64,000 nt of DNA, taken from NCBI RefSeq assembly GCF_004010195.1, contig NC_057747.1:17419454-17483453 (forward strand), read 5' to 3'. Position 1 is the stretch's first letter; each line of letters starts with the position of its first letter. Made by a program: the position numbers and the translations under genes. The notes under the pieces are model-generated. The model ran no database searches. It was not told the DNA's origin and worked only from the letters and a program-made list of their open reading frames with translations. Shown one piece after another: positions 12,043 through 24,141 of this stretch. The DNA is from Chiloscyllium plagiosum (Eukaryota).

Positions 12043-13284
12043 TCATTGTTTTGTATTCATTACATGACATTATTTGTATGTCAACCTGAATGTAACAAAA
12101 AGGTGTATTGAAATGTGAGTGAGTTCACAGATTTGGCCTTCTTAGTTTCATTTGTAATGTCATGAGTGAGTGGTTGGAATTTGTTAATTGCCCAAACTCT
12201 CCTACCAACTATTTAGATATTTTTAAAACTACGACTATGTCTTGGGTTCGAATTAAAATGCATTAGGTCAGAAGCACAAATGAAAGTTGTCCAAATGTTA
12301 CACCCGAACTTAAAATTCCCATTTTAAATGTACTGAAAAGTTTGGAAGGATTCCATATCCTGAATGAAGTACTGAAATCACAGTTTCTTTGCACCTGAGA
12401 TTATTGTATTGACTCAAGAGTGGCAGTCAGTAAAGTGACACCCAATTTGATGTATGAATGAACAAATGAAGTTGTGACACAATAGTACGTTGACTTTAAA
12501 ACCAGTTAGAGAGTGTCATAAATGTTTGTAATAAATCCTTTCAACATTACACATTTGCACTCTACTTTGCTCAGCTTATTTCATGACATATTGCACAAGG
12601 GCAAGCCACTGGATGAGTGAAAATGTTACCCAATTGTGATGTCATTAATGTAGGAGTTAGATTGAGTTGAGGGTCAGAACAGCAAAATCACTGAATGGTA
12701 AACTGCTTGTTCTGACAAATCAATTTATGTCTGGGAATGTAGGGATTCCTGGATGAAAGTAGTCCAAAGTGCATTAAGTTCAACTTCTATGATCTTGATA
12801 GCCACATGTTCTGGTGCTTTAATTGTTCACTAATCAGAAATTAAACTCTGTAAATTTCTGTCAGCTCACTACAGACCTAGAAACTATAGTTTGCATTGAT
12901 GTGACATATCGGATTTACATTGATACAGCTACAAATCTCAAGGCTTTCCTCCTGGTGAATTTTAGGGTCTGCTGTTTTGTATCAAGATGGTTGTTAGCAA
13001 CAAAATGGGACCAATTGTGACAGGAAGCAAACATCAAAATTACAGGAAGTGTGACAATATTATTCGTTATCAATGATTTGGCAACATTATTTCTGGAAAT
13101 AAGAGTAATGTAATGCAATTATAGATCATCAATGTATCCTTTTTGTGCTCTGTATCCTAAACTATTAGATTCAACAGCTATCTCAAAAAAAAGGAAACTT
13201 TCATTCTGAGTATAGTTTAATTGCTATTGTACATGCAAACAAAAAGGTAACTTGCAGATCCTCACAATAGCTTGTTGGTCATAC

Positions 13285-14066
13285 CATTAAACTTCCGAAT
13301 GATCTTCCCACCATTTGTCCACCACACAGTAGGGGTAGGATTTCCTTTAGCCTCACAAAATAAATGGACCTCGTCTCCGAGTGAAACGCTCATGTTCCTG
13401 ACCGCGGCCGTTGCTAACGGTTTAAAGCAACTCTTTAGTTCCACCTCGTAGAAAAATTTCCCGGTCCTGGACTCCGGGCCTGAACACGTTAGGTAAGAGT
13501 TCATCAAAATCAAAGGGGGGCTGATGGATTTGATAAAGTGCACAAAACCTTTAAGGCGGCAGTCGCAGAGCCACGGGTTATCATGAAGGGCTAGCACTGC
13601 GTTGGAATGGCTGTTCCCCTGATCCCGAGGCTGCTGGCTTCTCTGATAAACTGACCAGTTTGAGAACACATCTTGAGAAATCACCGTGAGTTGGTTGAAA
13701 GATACGTCCAGGAAGGTCAGGTTGATGAGATGCCTCAATGCGTATTCTGGGAGGACGTCCAATCGATTGTGCTTCAGATCCAAAATCTTCAAAGCCGGAC
13801 AATCCTGGAAAGCTGTCCATGGTACTGAACGCAGTTTGTTCCCTTGCAGCCTCAGCTCGGACAGATTGTGCAAATGCTGCAGGCTCTTCACATGCATGAG
13901 CGTGATCTGGTTAAAATTCAACCACAGGTATTCCAAGGCACGGACTCTGGAGAATGCACCACGAGGTAGTTCTGCCAGACGGGAGTTTTCGATTCGGATC
14001 TTTCTAACATCGTGTGGAATATTCTCTGGTATTCTCTGCAAAGAGGAAGGCATGCAGATCAGACTT
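13285..14066 (-). CDS. LRIT2: LRIT2 exon 2 (LRRs, LRRCT, first half of Ig)
   Basis: LxxLxLxxN repeats, LHDNPWLCDCRL LRRCT and CEAKGNPTPTVWW Ig strand. Acceptor tttgctttgcag, donor G|gtatga at 13284; 782 nt, phases 2/1. Confidence 0.93.
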
Positions 14067-14182
14067 CTGCAAAGCAAAAAAGATACAGGCATTTACAAAC
14101 TATCCTTTCTGGTTAAAAAAAAAAGAGAATATGGCAAATTTTACGAAATGGTATTGAGATAGCAATAGGAACTTGCTATCAC

Positions 14183-14289
14183 CTTCCAAAGCTGTCATTC
14201 CTACAATAACATTCTGACACACAAGAAGCAGCTGTTGGTTTTGTACAACAGACCAGCAGAAGAAAGAACATATTCCAAATTATGTCCAT
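14183..14289 (-). CDS. LRIT2: LRIT2 exon 1 (signal peptide + LRRNT; MDIIWNMFFLLLVCCTKPTAASCVSECYCRNDSFGR)
   Basis: Not in the ORF track. Hydrophobic leader, CxxxCxC cap, ends SFG-R like human LRIT2 exon 1, donor AG|gtgata. Joined CDS 1692 nt = 563 aa + stop. Confidence 0.9.
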
Positions 14290-14339
14290 GATTGCTTCAA
14301 CGTAGGCAAAGCGTTTGGCTTCACACCAGACCTGTCTAT

Positions 14340-14540
14340 AGTTAGAGATTATATCGAATCACATTAACAGTAATCCTATCTGACGCAACTTTGGGCTGGG
14401 CGGAAGGCAAGATGTGTCGGCGAAAATAAGATAAAGTCCTACTTTCATTCTCCAGAGCAAACCGGCTAGTCCTCCAGAACCGAATAAGATTGCTCAATTT
14501 ACTGGAATATATTGATGTTTATTTTAATCGATTGGGGAAT
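14340..14540 (-). promoter_or_regulatory. LRIT2 proximal promoter region with K50 homeodomain (CRX/OTX2-type) motifs
   Basis: TAATCC at 14371-14376 plus GATTA and TAATC half-sites near 14347 and 14525, within 250 nt upstream of the ATG in a locally CpG-rich stretch. Function is inferred. Confidence 0.45.
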
Positions 14541-14740
14541 CGCGGTGTTACAAAACCAAATTGTAAACGAAATTCATTCCGACTTCTTAGCGTTGATCTG
14601 AAACAAACACGACACATCCATGCTGCTCAAATTCAACTCTAAGCCGCACCTGGTTCGTTCCTCTTCGTTTTTCAAATGTACGTTTTAGGTGACCCGCTTT
14701 CAGATAAATGCGATCTGAGGGGCGGGGGGTTATATCCTTC

Positions 14741-14865
14741 CTCTGAAGGGTCATATTAGACTCCGAACGTTAAATCTCTATTTCTCCACAGACACTGCCA
14801 GACCTGCTGAGTTTTGCTAACACGTTCTGTTTCAGATTTCCAACATCCCCAGTATTTTGCTTTAA
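14741..14865 (+). mobile_element. Penelope-derived mini-element, family C, upstream of LRIT2
   Basis: CTGAAGGGTC...CGAACGTTAA...TCTCCACAGACACTGCCAGACCTGCTGAG plus tail; the hammerhead core is damaged. Confidence 0.65.
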
Positions 14866-15210
14866 TCACTGTGTACGTGGGCCTTATTTATAGTGTATCC
14901 CCTTTACAGAGCCTGGACAAGATATACATCATCCTGTAACTGACTTATGAAATCGTATTGATGACAGCTAAATTTCTATAATATTAGTTCCATTTCGGAG
15001 ATGTATACTAATTGGTGCAAACGCTAGCTAAAGGAAATGTTTAGTGGCTGCTATAAAAGAAAAGATTTCTATTTATTTAGCATATTTCTCAATTTCAGGC
15101 GATCCCAAAGGCTTTGCAGTCAATTAAGTACTTTAACACTAGCTATTGTAGTGTAAGCTTTGGGCAGTGGCTTTAGCAGTTATGGCTGTAGAACAGGTTC
15201 TACCTGTCTC

Positions 15211-16990
15211 TGATGTGGAGGTGCAGGTGTTGGACTGGGATGGACAAGTTCAAAAGTAACACCAAACCAGGTTATGGTCAATCAAATTTATTTGAAATCA
15301 CAAGCTTTCAGAGAGCTGTTCTTTCATCAGGTGAAGTGAGGAGGAGCACACAGGCACAGAATTTATAATCAGCAAGATCATACAAGTTGTGTGAGTGTCC
15401 ACTGGTTGAATAAGTCTCTGCAGGTGATCAAAAGTGTCCGATTGTGTGAGCAAAATGTCAACAGCTGAATAGCCAGTGAACGGATGACCTATTACCTGAT
15501 TAATTGAGGTAGAGAGATAATTACAAAAAACTTTTAAAAAGGTGGTGCTGGAGACAAACCAAATGGATGGAATAACATGATAGGTATAAGGGTCTAACCA
15601 AAGTAACAAGAAATCCAAAACTGAACAAACTAATTAAGGTAGAGAGATCATAATGAGTTATCAAAGTGATGGTGTCAAAATCAGCTTCCACGGTAAACAT
15701 ATTAAAGAAGCCATCTCCTGCAGACAAGCCCTGCATGTACACAGGATCTGTTCAGATGAAGAGGACACGACAGGCAATAAAAAAAATGTTGACAGATGCC
15801 CCCATAAGAACGGGATACGATGCTCAACTCATCGATCACCAGTTCCAAAATGCCACAGCAAACAACTATAATTATCTCCTCAAAAGACAGACACAGCACT
15901 CGACCGATAGAGTATCCTTCACCATCCAGTACTTCCCTGGAGTGGAGAAACTAAACCGTGTTCTTTGCAGCCTTCAACATGTCACTGATGATGATGAACA
16001 TCTGACCAAGATCATTCCTACATCTCCACTTCTCACCTTCAAACAACCACCAAACCTTAAACAGTTCATCATTCTGCCCAGTTAACTGCCCAGGACAACA
16101 TTGACCACAACATCACACAACCCTGCCATTGCAACGTCTGCATAACATGTCAAATCATCGACATGGATACTACCATCACATGTGGGAACACTCATATAAG
16201 TCAGCTAATGTTGTCTATTTCTTATGTTGCAGGCAAGTATGCCCCGAGGCATAGTATATTGGCAGGACCATGCAGACACAATGACAATGGACAAATGGGC
16301 ACCATGCAACCATCGCCAGACAGGAATCTTCCCTCCCATTTGACATTAATTTTAACACTTCAGTGGTCAAGGGCATTCAGCCTCCTATCTTTGAGCAAGT
16401 GTCCTCCAAGGCAGCCCTTGAAATACACAGAATCGCCAAGCAGAAATTGATAGCTAAGTTCTGTACCCATAAAGACAGCCTCAGCCATGATCTTGGGTTC
16501 ATGTTACACTATATGTGACCGTACCATACTGTTTTGTGCATGTAAACATTTTCTTACCATCCTGTTTTGCACCATTGCCTTGATAAATTGTTATGATCTC
16601 TCTACCTTAATTAGTTTGTACAGTTTTGGATCACTTGTTAGTATGGTTATGACTATGTTATTCCAGTCATTTGGCTTATCTCTAGCATGACCTTTTTTTT
16701 GTAATTGTCTCTCTGCTTCAATTAATAAGATTATAGGTCATGCCTTCACTGGCTATTCAGTTGTTGTCATTTTACTCACACAGTCAGACACTCTTGATCA
16801 TCTATAGAGACTTAATATTCAGCCTGTGGACACTAAACTCACACCATTTCTATGATCTTTTGATCTCTCTGATTATAAATTCTGCGCCTGTGTGCTTCTC
16901 TTCACTTCACCTGATGAAAGAGCAGCACTCAGAAGCTTGTGATTTCTAATAAACCTGTTGGACTATAACCTGGTGTGATGTGACTTCTGA
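15211..16990 (+). mobile_element. 5'-truncated Penelope-like element (Neptune-type) with inverted pseudo-LTR, family B
   Basis: RT thumb remnant HIKEAISCRQALHVHRICS, linker FKQPPNLK and CHCNVCITC, GIY-YIG remnant NVVY...YIG. 15250-15680 is the reverse complement of about 16565-16990; hammerhead motifs at 15299-15333 (-) and 16908-16941 (+). Confidence 0.88.
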
Positions 16991-17435
16991 TCTCAATATA
17001 TCCCGGGAGCACTGGGCTCGGCTATAATCTGAAGTGCATGTTGCCATTGGAATGTCGAAATAACTAGGGCAACATATCTATGTTTAATTTCTAAACCATT
17101 ATTCCTCTGTCAGCTGTTCAATTAGGCTTCCAAACGCATGAAGGACAGTGCCAGATCTCTCCTGATGTTCTCTGACATTTCTCCCTCCTCTTGTGCCGTT
17201 CTTTTGGAAATCCAATCACCAAGCATGAAGAAATAAAACAGGTGCTAGCCACTCTCTCTGCGGTTTGTTCTCCCTCAAGCTGCACTGAGCTAACCTTTCT
17301 GGCTGTTACCACACTGAAACTTTGGGTGGTCCTATGTAGAAGAGCTATTCATATCTCTGGATAATGGAATACTCTTTATAGAGGGGGCGGAGAAAGCATA
17401 AAGCCTCCAGATAATTAGATGAAAGTCAAATAGGA

Positions 17436-18142
17436 GGACTCCTGTGCGGAATGTTACACATTGGTTGTGAAATGAGGTGAATTAAGGGGAGCTAACAGCC
17501 TAATGGTATTATCACTGGACTGTTAATCCAGAGAGTTGAAAAGGGCGGCGCTGGAAAAGCACAGCAGGTCAGCCAACATCTGAGGAGCTGGCAAATCACT
17601 GTTTCAGGCATAAGTGGCTCAGTGGCTCACACTGAGCACCATAGCACCAAGGACCCGGGTTCGATTCCAGTCCCATTGTGTTAGGTGAATTAGCCATGCT
17701 CAATTACCCATTGTGTTTAAGGATGTGTAGGTTAGGTGCATGGGGACTCCTCTGTGGAATGTTACACATTGGTTGTGAAATGAGGTGAATTAAGGGGAGC
17801 TAACACCCTAGTGGTATTATCACTGGACTGTTAATCCAGAGAGTTGAAAAGGGCAGCGCTGGAAAAGCACAGCAGGTCAGCCAGCATTTGAGGAGCTGGC
17901 AAATCACTGTTTCAGGCATAAGTGGCTCAGTGGCTCACACTGAGCACCATAGCACCAAGGACCCGGGTTCGATTCCAGTCTCGGGTAGCTGTCTGTGTAG
18001 AGTTTGCACACTCTCCACATGTCTGCGTGGGTTTCCTCTGGGTGCCCCAGCTGCATCCCACAATCCAAAGATGTTCAGGTTAGGTGAATTAGCCATGCTC
18101 AATTACCCATTGTGTTTAAGGATGTGTAGGTTAGGTGCATGG
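17436..18142 (+). repeat. Local tandem duplication (308-bp deleted copy + 399-bp copy)
   Basis: 17436-17743 repeats 17744-18142 almost exactly, except that 98 bp are replaced by 7 bp. Confidence 0.9.
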
Positions 18143-18650
18143 GTCAGGGGTAAATGTAGAGTAATAGGGTAGGGGAATGGTCTGGGTGGGGTACTCTTTG
18201 GAGGGTCGGTGTGGACTTGTTTGTCCAACTGGCCTGTTTCCACACTGTAGGGATTGTATGATAAGCCCTTCATCAGGATGCTGCTTGACCTGTGCTGTGC
18301 TTTTTCAGCGCCACCCTTTTTGACTCCAACTCTCCAGCATCTCCAGTCCTCACTTTTTCCCTATTAATCCAGAGACTAAGGTAATGCCCTGGGGTCACAT
18401 CCCACCAAGGCATTTGTGGAATTTGAATTCAATACAATTCTGGAGATAGGAGTCTGATGATGACCATTGCCAGTAGTCAGGAAAAAACCATTTGATTCAC
18501 AAATGCCCTTTAATGAACACTCTTCCTTTAGAGAAGGAAAATGCCATCCTTACCTGTTTTGGTGTACATGTGACTTCAGACCCACAGTAATATGATTGAC
18601 TCTTAAATACCCTCAGAGCAATTCAGGATGGGCAATAAATGCTGGGAAAA
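17795..18650 (+). mobile_element. Three nested elements: tRNA-SINE > family A inverted-pair element (17843-18360) > HE1 SINE (17922-18260)
   Basis: TSD CT(G/A)TTAATCCAGAGA at 17828-17842 and 18361-18375; the HE1 copy is flanked by ATAAG. Confidence 0.82.
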
Positions 18651-19399
18651 CCAGGGATATCTGGAATCATACTCCAGAGGATGTCAAACCAAAGCAGCTA
18701 AAAACTGGACTTGAAATGTGAAGTCTGATTTCTCTCCACAGATGCTGCCAGACCTGTTGTTTTTCGCTAGAAATTTCAGTTTTTGTTTATTGTAAAATTA
18801 CTGATTCCTGGAAGTCTTATGCATCATTACAGTGGTGTAAGTTGAAAACAGATTTCTCCAAATTTGAAAGTGTTTTCATTGCAACAATTCAGAAAATGGG
18901 AATGGTCAAGAAATGCAATTAACAACAGTGTCCAGTAGACAAGTGTTTATGAGGAGTTTGAGAAGCACTGAAACACCAAATTCTAACAAGCTCCTGCCTA
19001 AAAGGGGTAAAACCCAGAGTGAATTTTACAGCAATGAATACCAAATAGATTCTCATCAGAGTTACCAAACCTTTCCAAAAGAGGCTTTATGGATGAAATG
19101 GGTATTGCCAAGAGAGACAATCCCCTAATCACCACATTATGCAAGAGCCAAGTGTCAACAGTAGCTTTATTTGTCATTTCTACCATATACAACTAATACA
19201 GTAAGAATGAGATAGCGTTCCTCCAGGACCGAGGGTGCTACATGGACAGCACAAACTACACGATCATACACAGGGCAGCATGAAGTGCTTAAGAAGTCAA
19301 AACATGCAAGACAGCATTCGTTTAAAATTGTGCAACTGTGCAATCAACTATTTTATGGAATAAATTGTGGAATGTTCATTTTCTTATGTCCTCAGCTAC

Positions 19400-20760
19400 A
19401 TATAAACTTCAAAAATAAGAGCAGGACTAGGCCATTCAGGCCTTCAAGTTTTCTCCACCATTCATTGAGTTAAAGAATCATACAGCAAGGAAACAGACCC
19501 TTCAGTCCAACCAGTCCATGTTGACCATAATCCCAAAGGAGAAAGTGAGGACTGCAGATGCTGGAGATCAGAGTTGAGTGTGGGGTGCTAGAAAAGCACA
19601 GCAAGTCAGGCAGCATCTGAGGAGCAGGAGAGATCCACCTAAGTGGAGGGCCCATATCCCTCCAAACATTTCTTAATCATGTGCTTACCCAATGCCTTTT
19701 AAACACTGTAACTGTACCCACATCCACCATTTCCTCTGGAAGTTAATTCCACACACGAACCAACTCTCTAGGCAAAAACAAAAATGTCTTTTTCATTTAT
19801 CTTTCAATATGATCATTGTTGATCATTCAACTCAGTACCATGTTCCTGTTTCTCCTAACACAGTTTGATCCCTTTAGCCCTAAGAACTATACATAACACC
19901 TTGAAATCATTTAGTGGTTTGGCCTCAACCACTTTCTCTAGTAGAAAATTCTACAGACTGACCACTCTATAGGTGAAGATAATTCCCCTCATCTCAGATC
20001 TAAATGGCCTACCTCATATCCTTAGACTGTGACCCCTGGTTCTGGACATCCCATTCATTGCAAACATCTTTCCTGCAGTTACCCTGTCCAGTCCTGTTAG
20101 AATTATATAGGTTTCAATGAGATTTCCCCCTCATTCTTCTAAAATTCCATTGGATACAGTCCTCACTAATCTGGTGCCTTCACATTCTTGATTGTGTACT
20201 TGTATAAAATCTGATCAGAACACATCGAGGTTTTTAGAGCATTGAAAGAAGCCCTTTGGCCCATCATGTCCATGCTGATCATCAAGCATCCATTTATTCT
20301 AATCCCATTTTCCAGAACTTAGTGAGCAGGAAATCTGTTTTTTAACAATGCAAAAACACAAGAATGAAGGAAGTGGTTGGCTTTTTTCATTCACCCTTCC
20401 TCAGAAAACTAAGTTTTCCCACCCAACTCAATCCCACCTACCTTCACAGCCTTGTATGCTGTGTCATTTCAAGTTTCATCTAAATAGTCTTAAATGTCTT
20501 GATGAATCCTGCCTCTACCACCCTTTTAGGCAGTGAATCTCGGGTATCCACAACCCTCTGGGTGAAATGAAAATCCTCAAATCCCCTCTAAATCTCCTGC
20601 TCCGTAATTTAAAATTTTGCTACTCTTGATTGACACCTCTACTAAGGGAAAAAGTTCCTCCTACCTACCCCGACTATGTACCTCAGAAGTTTATACAATC
20701 AGATCCAACGTCAGCCTTTTCTGCTATAAGTAAAATAACCCCAATCTATCTAGTCTCTCT
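19400..20760 (-). mobile_element. Cluster of CR1 3' fragments, including a family A tail fragment at about 19538-19635
   Basis: CR1 tail motifs GAAACAGACCCTTCAGTCCAACCAGTCCATG, CCCCTGGTTCTGGAC and ACCCTCTGGGTGAAA. Confidence 0.7.
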
Positions 20761-20788
20761 TGGTTAGATAGGCTGTGTAGACTAATAG

Positions 20789-20935
20789 ATGCAGAGGTGC
20801 CGAAGTTGGACTGGGGGGGGGGGGGACAAAGTTAAAACTCGCACAAGTTATCTGATGAAGGAGCAGTGCCCTGAAAGCTAGTACTTTCAAATAAACCTGT
20901 TGGTCTATAACCTGGTGTTGTGTGATTTTTAACTT
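20789..20935. mobile_element. Family B mini-element with hammerhead motif at 20849-20883 (+)
   Basis: Short inverted arm with tail, then TAT-CTGATGA-A-GGAGC-AGT-GCCCT-GAA-AGCT-A-GTA and the family B 3' end. Confidence 0.8.
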
Positions 20936-21879
20936 AGATAAAAGATGTTTACCTGCCTGTCATTGTAACCCTTTACAAACAATGAATATACTCCAAACAA
21001 AATTATAACAGAACTTTAAGAGTTTACCTTGACAGTTATGGATCATAAGGAGAATCCCCAGACTATATGAGTTGGTAGGGGAATTGTTTCATGGAATTCA
21101 AGAGTTAGAGTGGCAAAAATGAATAACATGCCTTCACACTTGAAAGCAGGGCTTTCACCTCTAATGATGCAATTTTTCATGCAATATTTTCTGTAAGAAT
21201 CCTGAATGAAATTAGTAAAATCTAATTCCTGATGGTAGACAAAACTCAAAAGTTTAATTTTGCACAGAAGTGGCAGTCTCAAATAATTGAGAGAGCTGCT
21301 GTGAGAAATAGAAATCTCAAGTGCTCTTGCAGTTGATTTTCTCTGAAACAGCAAAGGACAGAAAGAGGATGAGATTCATTATTCTGTGTCTGACCCAGTC
21401 TGGGAATAAACATGAAATATTTGCCTAGAAGTGGCAATTAGTTAATTCTTCCAGTATTCTGACTGCTGGTGTCTTATTTTGATGAGAATCCAAAATTGCA
21501 GGCCAATATGAATTCTGAATCTTTAATATAAAGACATTTTTGCATTTATATAACACTTTATCATGTTTTTAAAAACATGCCACCTGTCTTAATGTACAAG
21601 GAATTGCTTTAAAATTTGCAGTAGCTATTTTCTACAGAAGATCCTACAAGCAGTATTGTATTAGTGAGCAGGCAATCTGTTTTTTAACAATACTAAAACA
21701 CAAGAATGAAGGAAGTGTTTGGCTTTTTTCATTCACCCTTCCTCAGAAAACTAAGTTTTCCCACCCATCTCAATCCCACCTACCTTCAGCCCCACATCCA
21801 CATTACAGCATCCAAATGCCCTGAAGACCGCAGATGATTTTAGATCTAATATCTGGCCCTAACTATAATTTATGCCATA

Positions 21880-22875
21880 CATTAACCACTTCCAACAAGT
21901 GAGAATCCAATTATCACCCTGTGACATCTATTGGCATTATCATTGCTGAATTCTCCAATGTCAATACCTAGGGGTAACCATCATTCAGAAATGAACAGAA
22001 CCAGCCATATAAATGTTTTGGCTGCAAGAGCAGGTCAGATGCAAAGAATCTTGCAGCAAATAACAAGAGGGCATAGGTTTAGGGTGAGAAGGACAAATTA
22101 CAAAAGAGACCTAAGGGGCAACTTTTTCATGCAGAGGGTGGTACAGAATGAGCTGCCAGAGGAAGTGGTGGAGGCTAGCACAATTGCAACATTTAAAAAG
22201 CATCTAGATGGGTATATGAATAGGAAGGGTTTCGAGGGATATGGGTCGAGTGCTGGCAGGTGGGACTAGATTGGGTTGAGATATCTGGTCGGCATTGACG
22301 AGTTGGATTGAAGGGTCTGTTTCTGTGCTGTAAGTCTCTATGACTTTATGACTTGAAATAATCCCCAAAGCCTGTCCACCATCTCCAAGCCACAAGTCAA
22401 GAGTGTGATGAAACACTCCCCATTTGCCTGAATGATTGCTGCTCCAAAAAAATTCAAGAAGCTTGACAACATCCATGACAAATCAGCCTGCTTTATTGGC
22501 ATTACATCTTCAAGCGTTCACTCCCGCCACTACTGATGCTCAGTAGCAAAATGTGTACCATCCACAAAATGCACTACTGTAATTCCCAAGATTCCTTAGA
22601 CAGCTGCTTACAAACGCATGACCACCACCATCTAGGGTAGTGGATACATGGGAACCTTGCCACCCACAAGTTCCATTCTGTGCCTCTCACACTCCCAACT
22701 TGGAAATATACCTCCATACCTTCATTGTCACTATATTGAAATCCTAAATTGAAAGCATTGTGGGTCTACCAAAATGAGGGCAAAGTTTCAAGAAAGCTGC
22801 TTACCTCCTCCTTCTCAAGGGCAACTAGGGATGGGTGATAAATGCTGGCAGACCGAATGATATCCACATCTCATA
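21880..22875 (+). mobile_element. 3' end of a second CR1-clade LINE, interrupted by a young CR1/HER tail (22062-22352)
   Basis: LSTISKPQVKSVMKHSP...KKLDNIHDKSACFIG-type ORF end; tail GGGCAACTAGGGATGGGTGATAAATGCTGGC. Confidence 0.7.
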
Positions 22876-23869
22876 AATTAACTTTTAAAAATCTATTATC
22901 TCAGTATTGATCACTCCTTACCTGACAAAGTGATCCCTGCAATTGATCCTAAATGGAGCTTTAACTTTGATTGTACCTATGTTTGTTTGTCCTGCATGCT
23001 TGATTCAACTTGCAATGATTGTTTAGAATTGGTTAACTGTTCCATCCTATTCCTCCTTCATTTATAACTACTGGCTGTCTTCTCATTCTCTTCTTTTTGA
23101 AACTTTGTAATCTCTCCAGGTTCAATTTTATGTCAATTTGGATCAGCCACATTGTCCTTCTCTGCCTCACTTGGTTTTGATGGCCATTTGGTCCTACTCA
23201 AAGTCATTTGCCTTATTCATTGCGTAACCTTGCAAATGCACTACAAAGTTCAACAAGATGACCTTAGATTTATACTCCACATTTTGACAATAAAATACTG
23301 CCCTCAGAAAACCCTTGGAAAGGTTTTACATGAAAAACAGTCTCAAGGCAGTGGGTGATTTAGATAAAATGCATGGTGTATAGGCATTGTCTCAAAAAGG
23401 TGAAGCACTAAGTGCTCAATAAAGGAATTATGGGAAATGTGTTGGCCAGAGTGAAACCATGATTTCCTGTATGTTCAGGTAATGTTCTTAAAATTGGTTT
23501 CCTGCTTTCATATTTTTCCCTGAGTATTCTGTAATACAAAGGTGCACCTATCATTGTTCATAATATTTCCTTTCTTAAAAGAAAATAATACCCTATATTC
23601 AACTTACTTAAAAATAATTTCCCTACCTTGTATAATTTGAAAATGTATTGAGACCAACTGGGAAGGTTTTCTAAAAGGTACCAAGAAAAACATTTGAATC
23701 TTGACTACCTTAAGTCTAAAACATACACAAAAGCCAGGAAAGCTTAAAATAATTGCTTCACGTTGTTATAATCTTTTATAAGCTTGACATATGTTGCAGA
23801 ATTTATTGGTAAGATTACATGTTTTTTCTTTAGCTGGGAATGTCTGCTGTGATAGCTTAGGTTTGTCAG

Positions 23870-24141
23870 TAGGGGGAGTTCAGAACTAGAGGGCATAGGT
23901 TTAACGTGAGAGGAGAAAGATCTCAAAGAGACCTAAGGCTTTCACGCAAAGGGTGGTACGTGTATGGATTGGGCTGCCAGAGGAAGTGGTGGAGGCTGGT
24001 ACAATTGCAACATTTAAAAGGCATTGAATGGGTATATGAATAGGAAGGGTTTAGAGAGATATGGGCCAAGTGCTGGCAGCATGGACAGGTTAGACTGAAG
24101 GGTCTGTTTCCATGCTGTACACCTCTACGACTCTATGACTA
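23870..24141 (+). mobile_element. CR1/HER 3' fragment
   Basis: GCTGCCAGAGGAAGTGGTGGAGGCTGGTACAATTGCAACATTTAAAAGGC and CTATGACT tail. Confidence 0.85.

Noticed and set aside
17436-18142. CRISPR-like or satellite array
   Set aside because: Only two copies of a composite repeat segment in a eukaryotic locus; no repeat-spacer periodicity.
22915-22975. Alternative LRIT2 exon 1 candidate (CRDHFVR followed by gtaagg on minus)
   Set aside because: No signal peptide or CxxxCxC; the exon at 14183-14289 fits fully.
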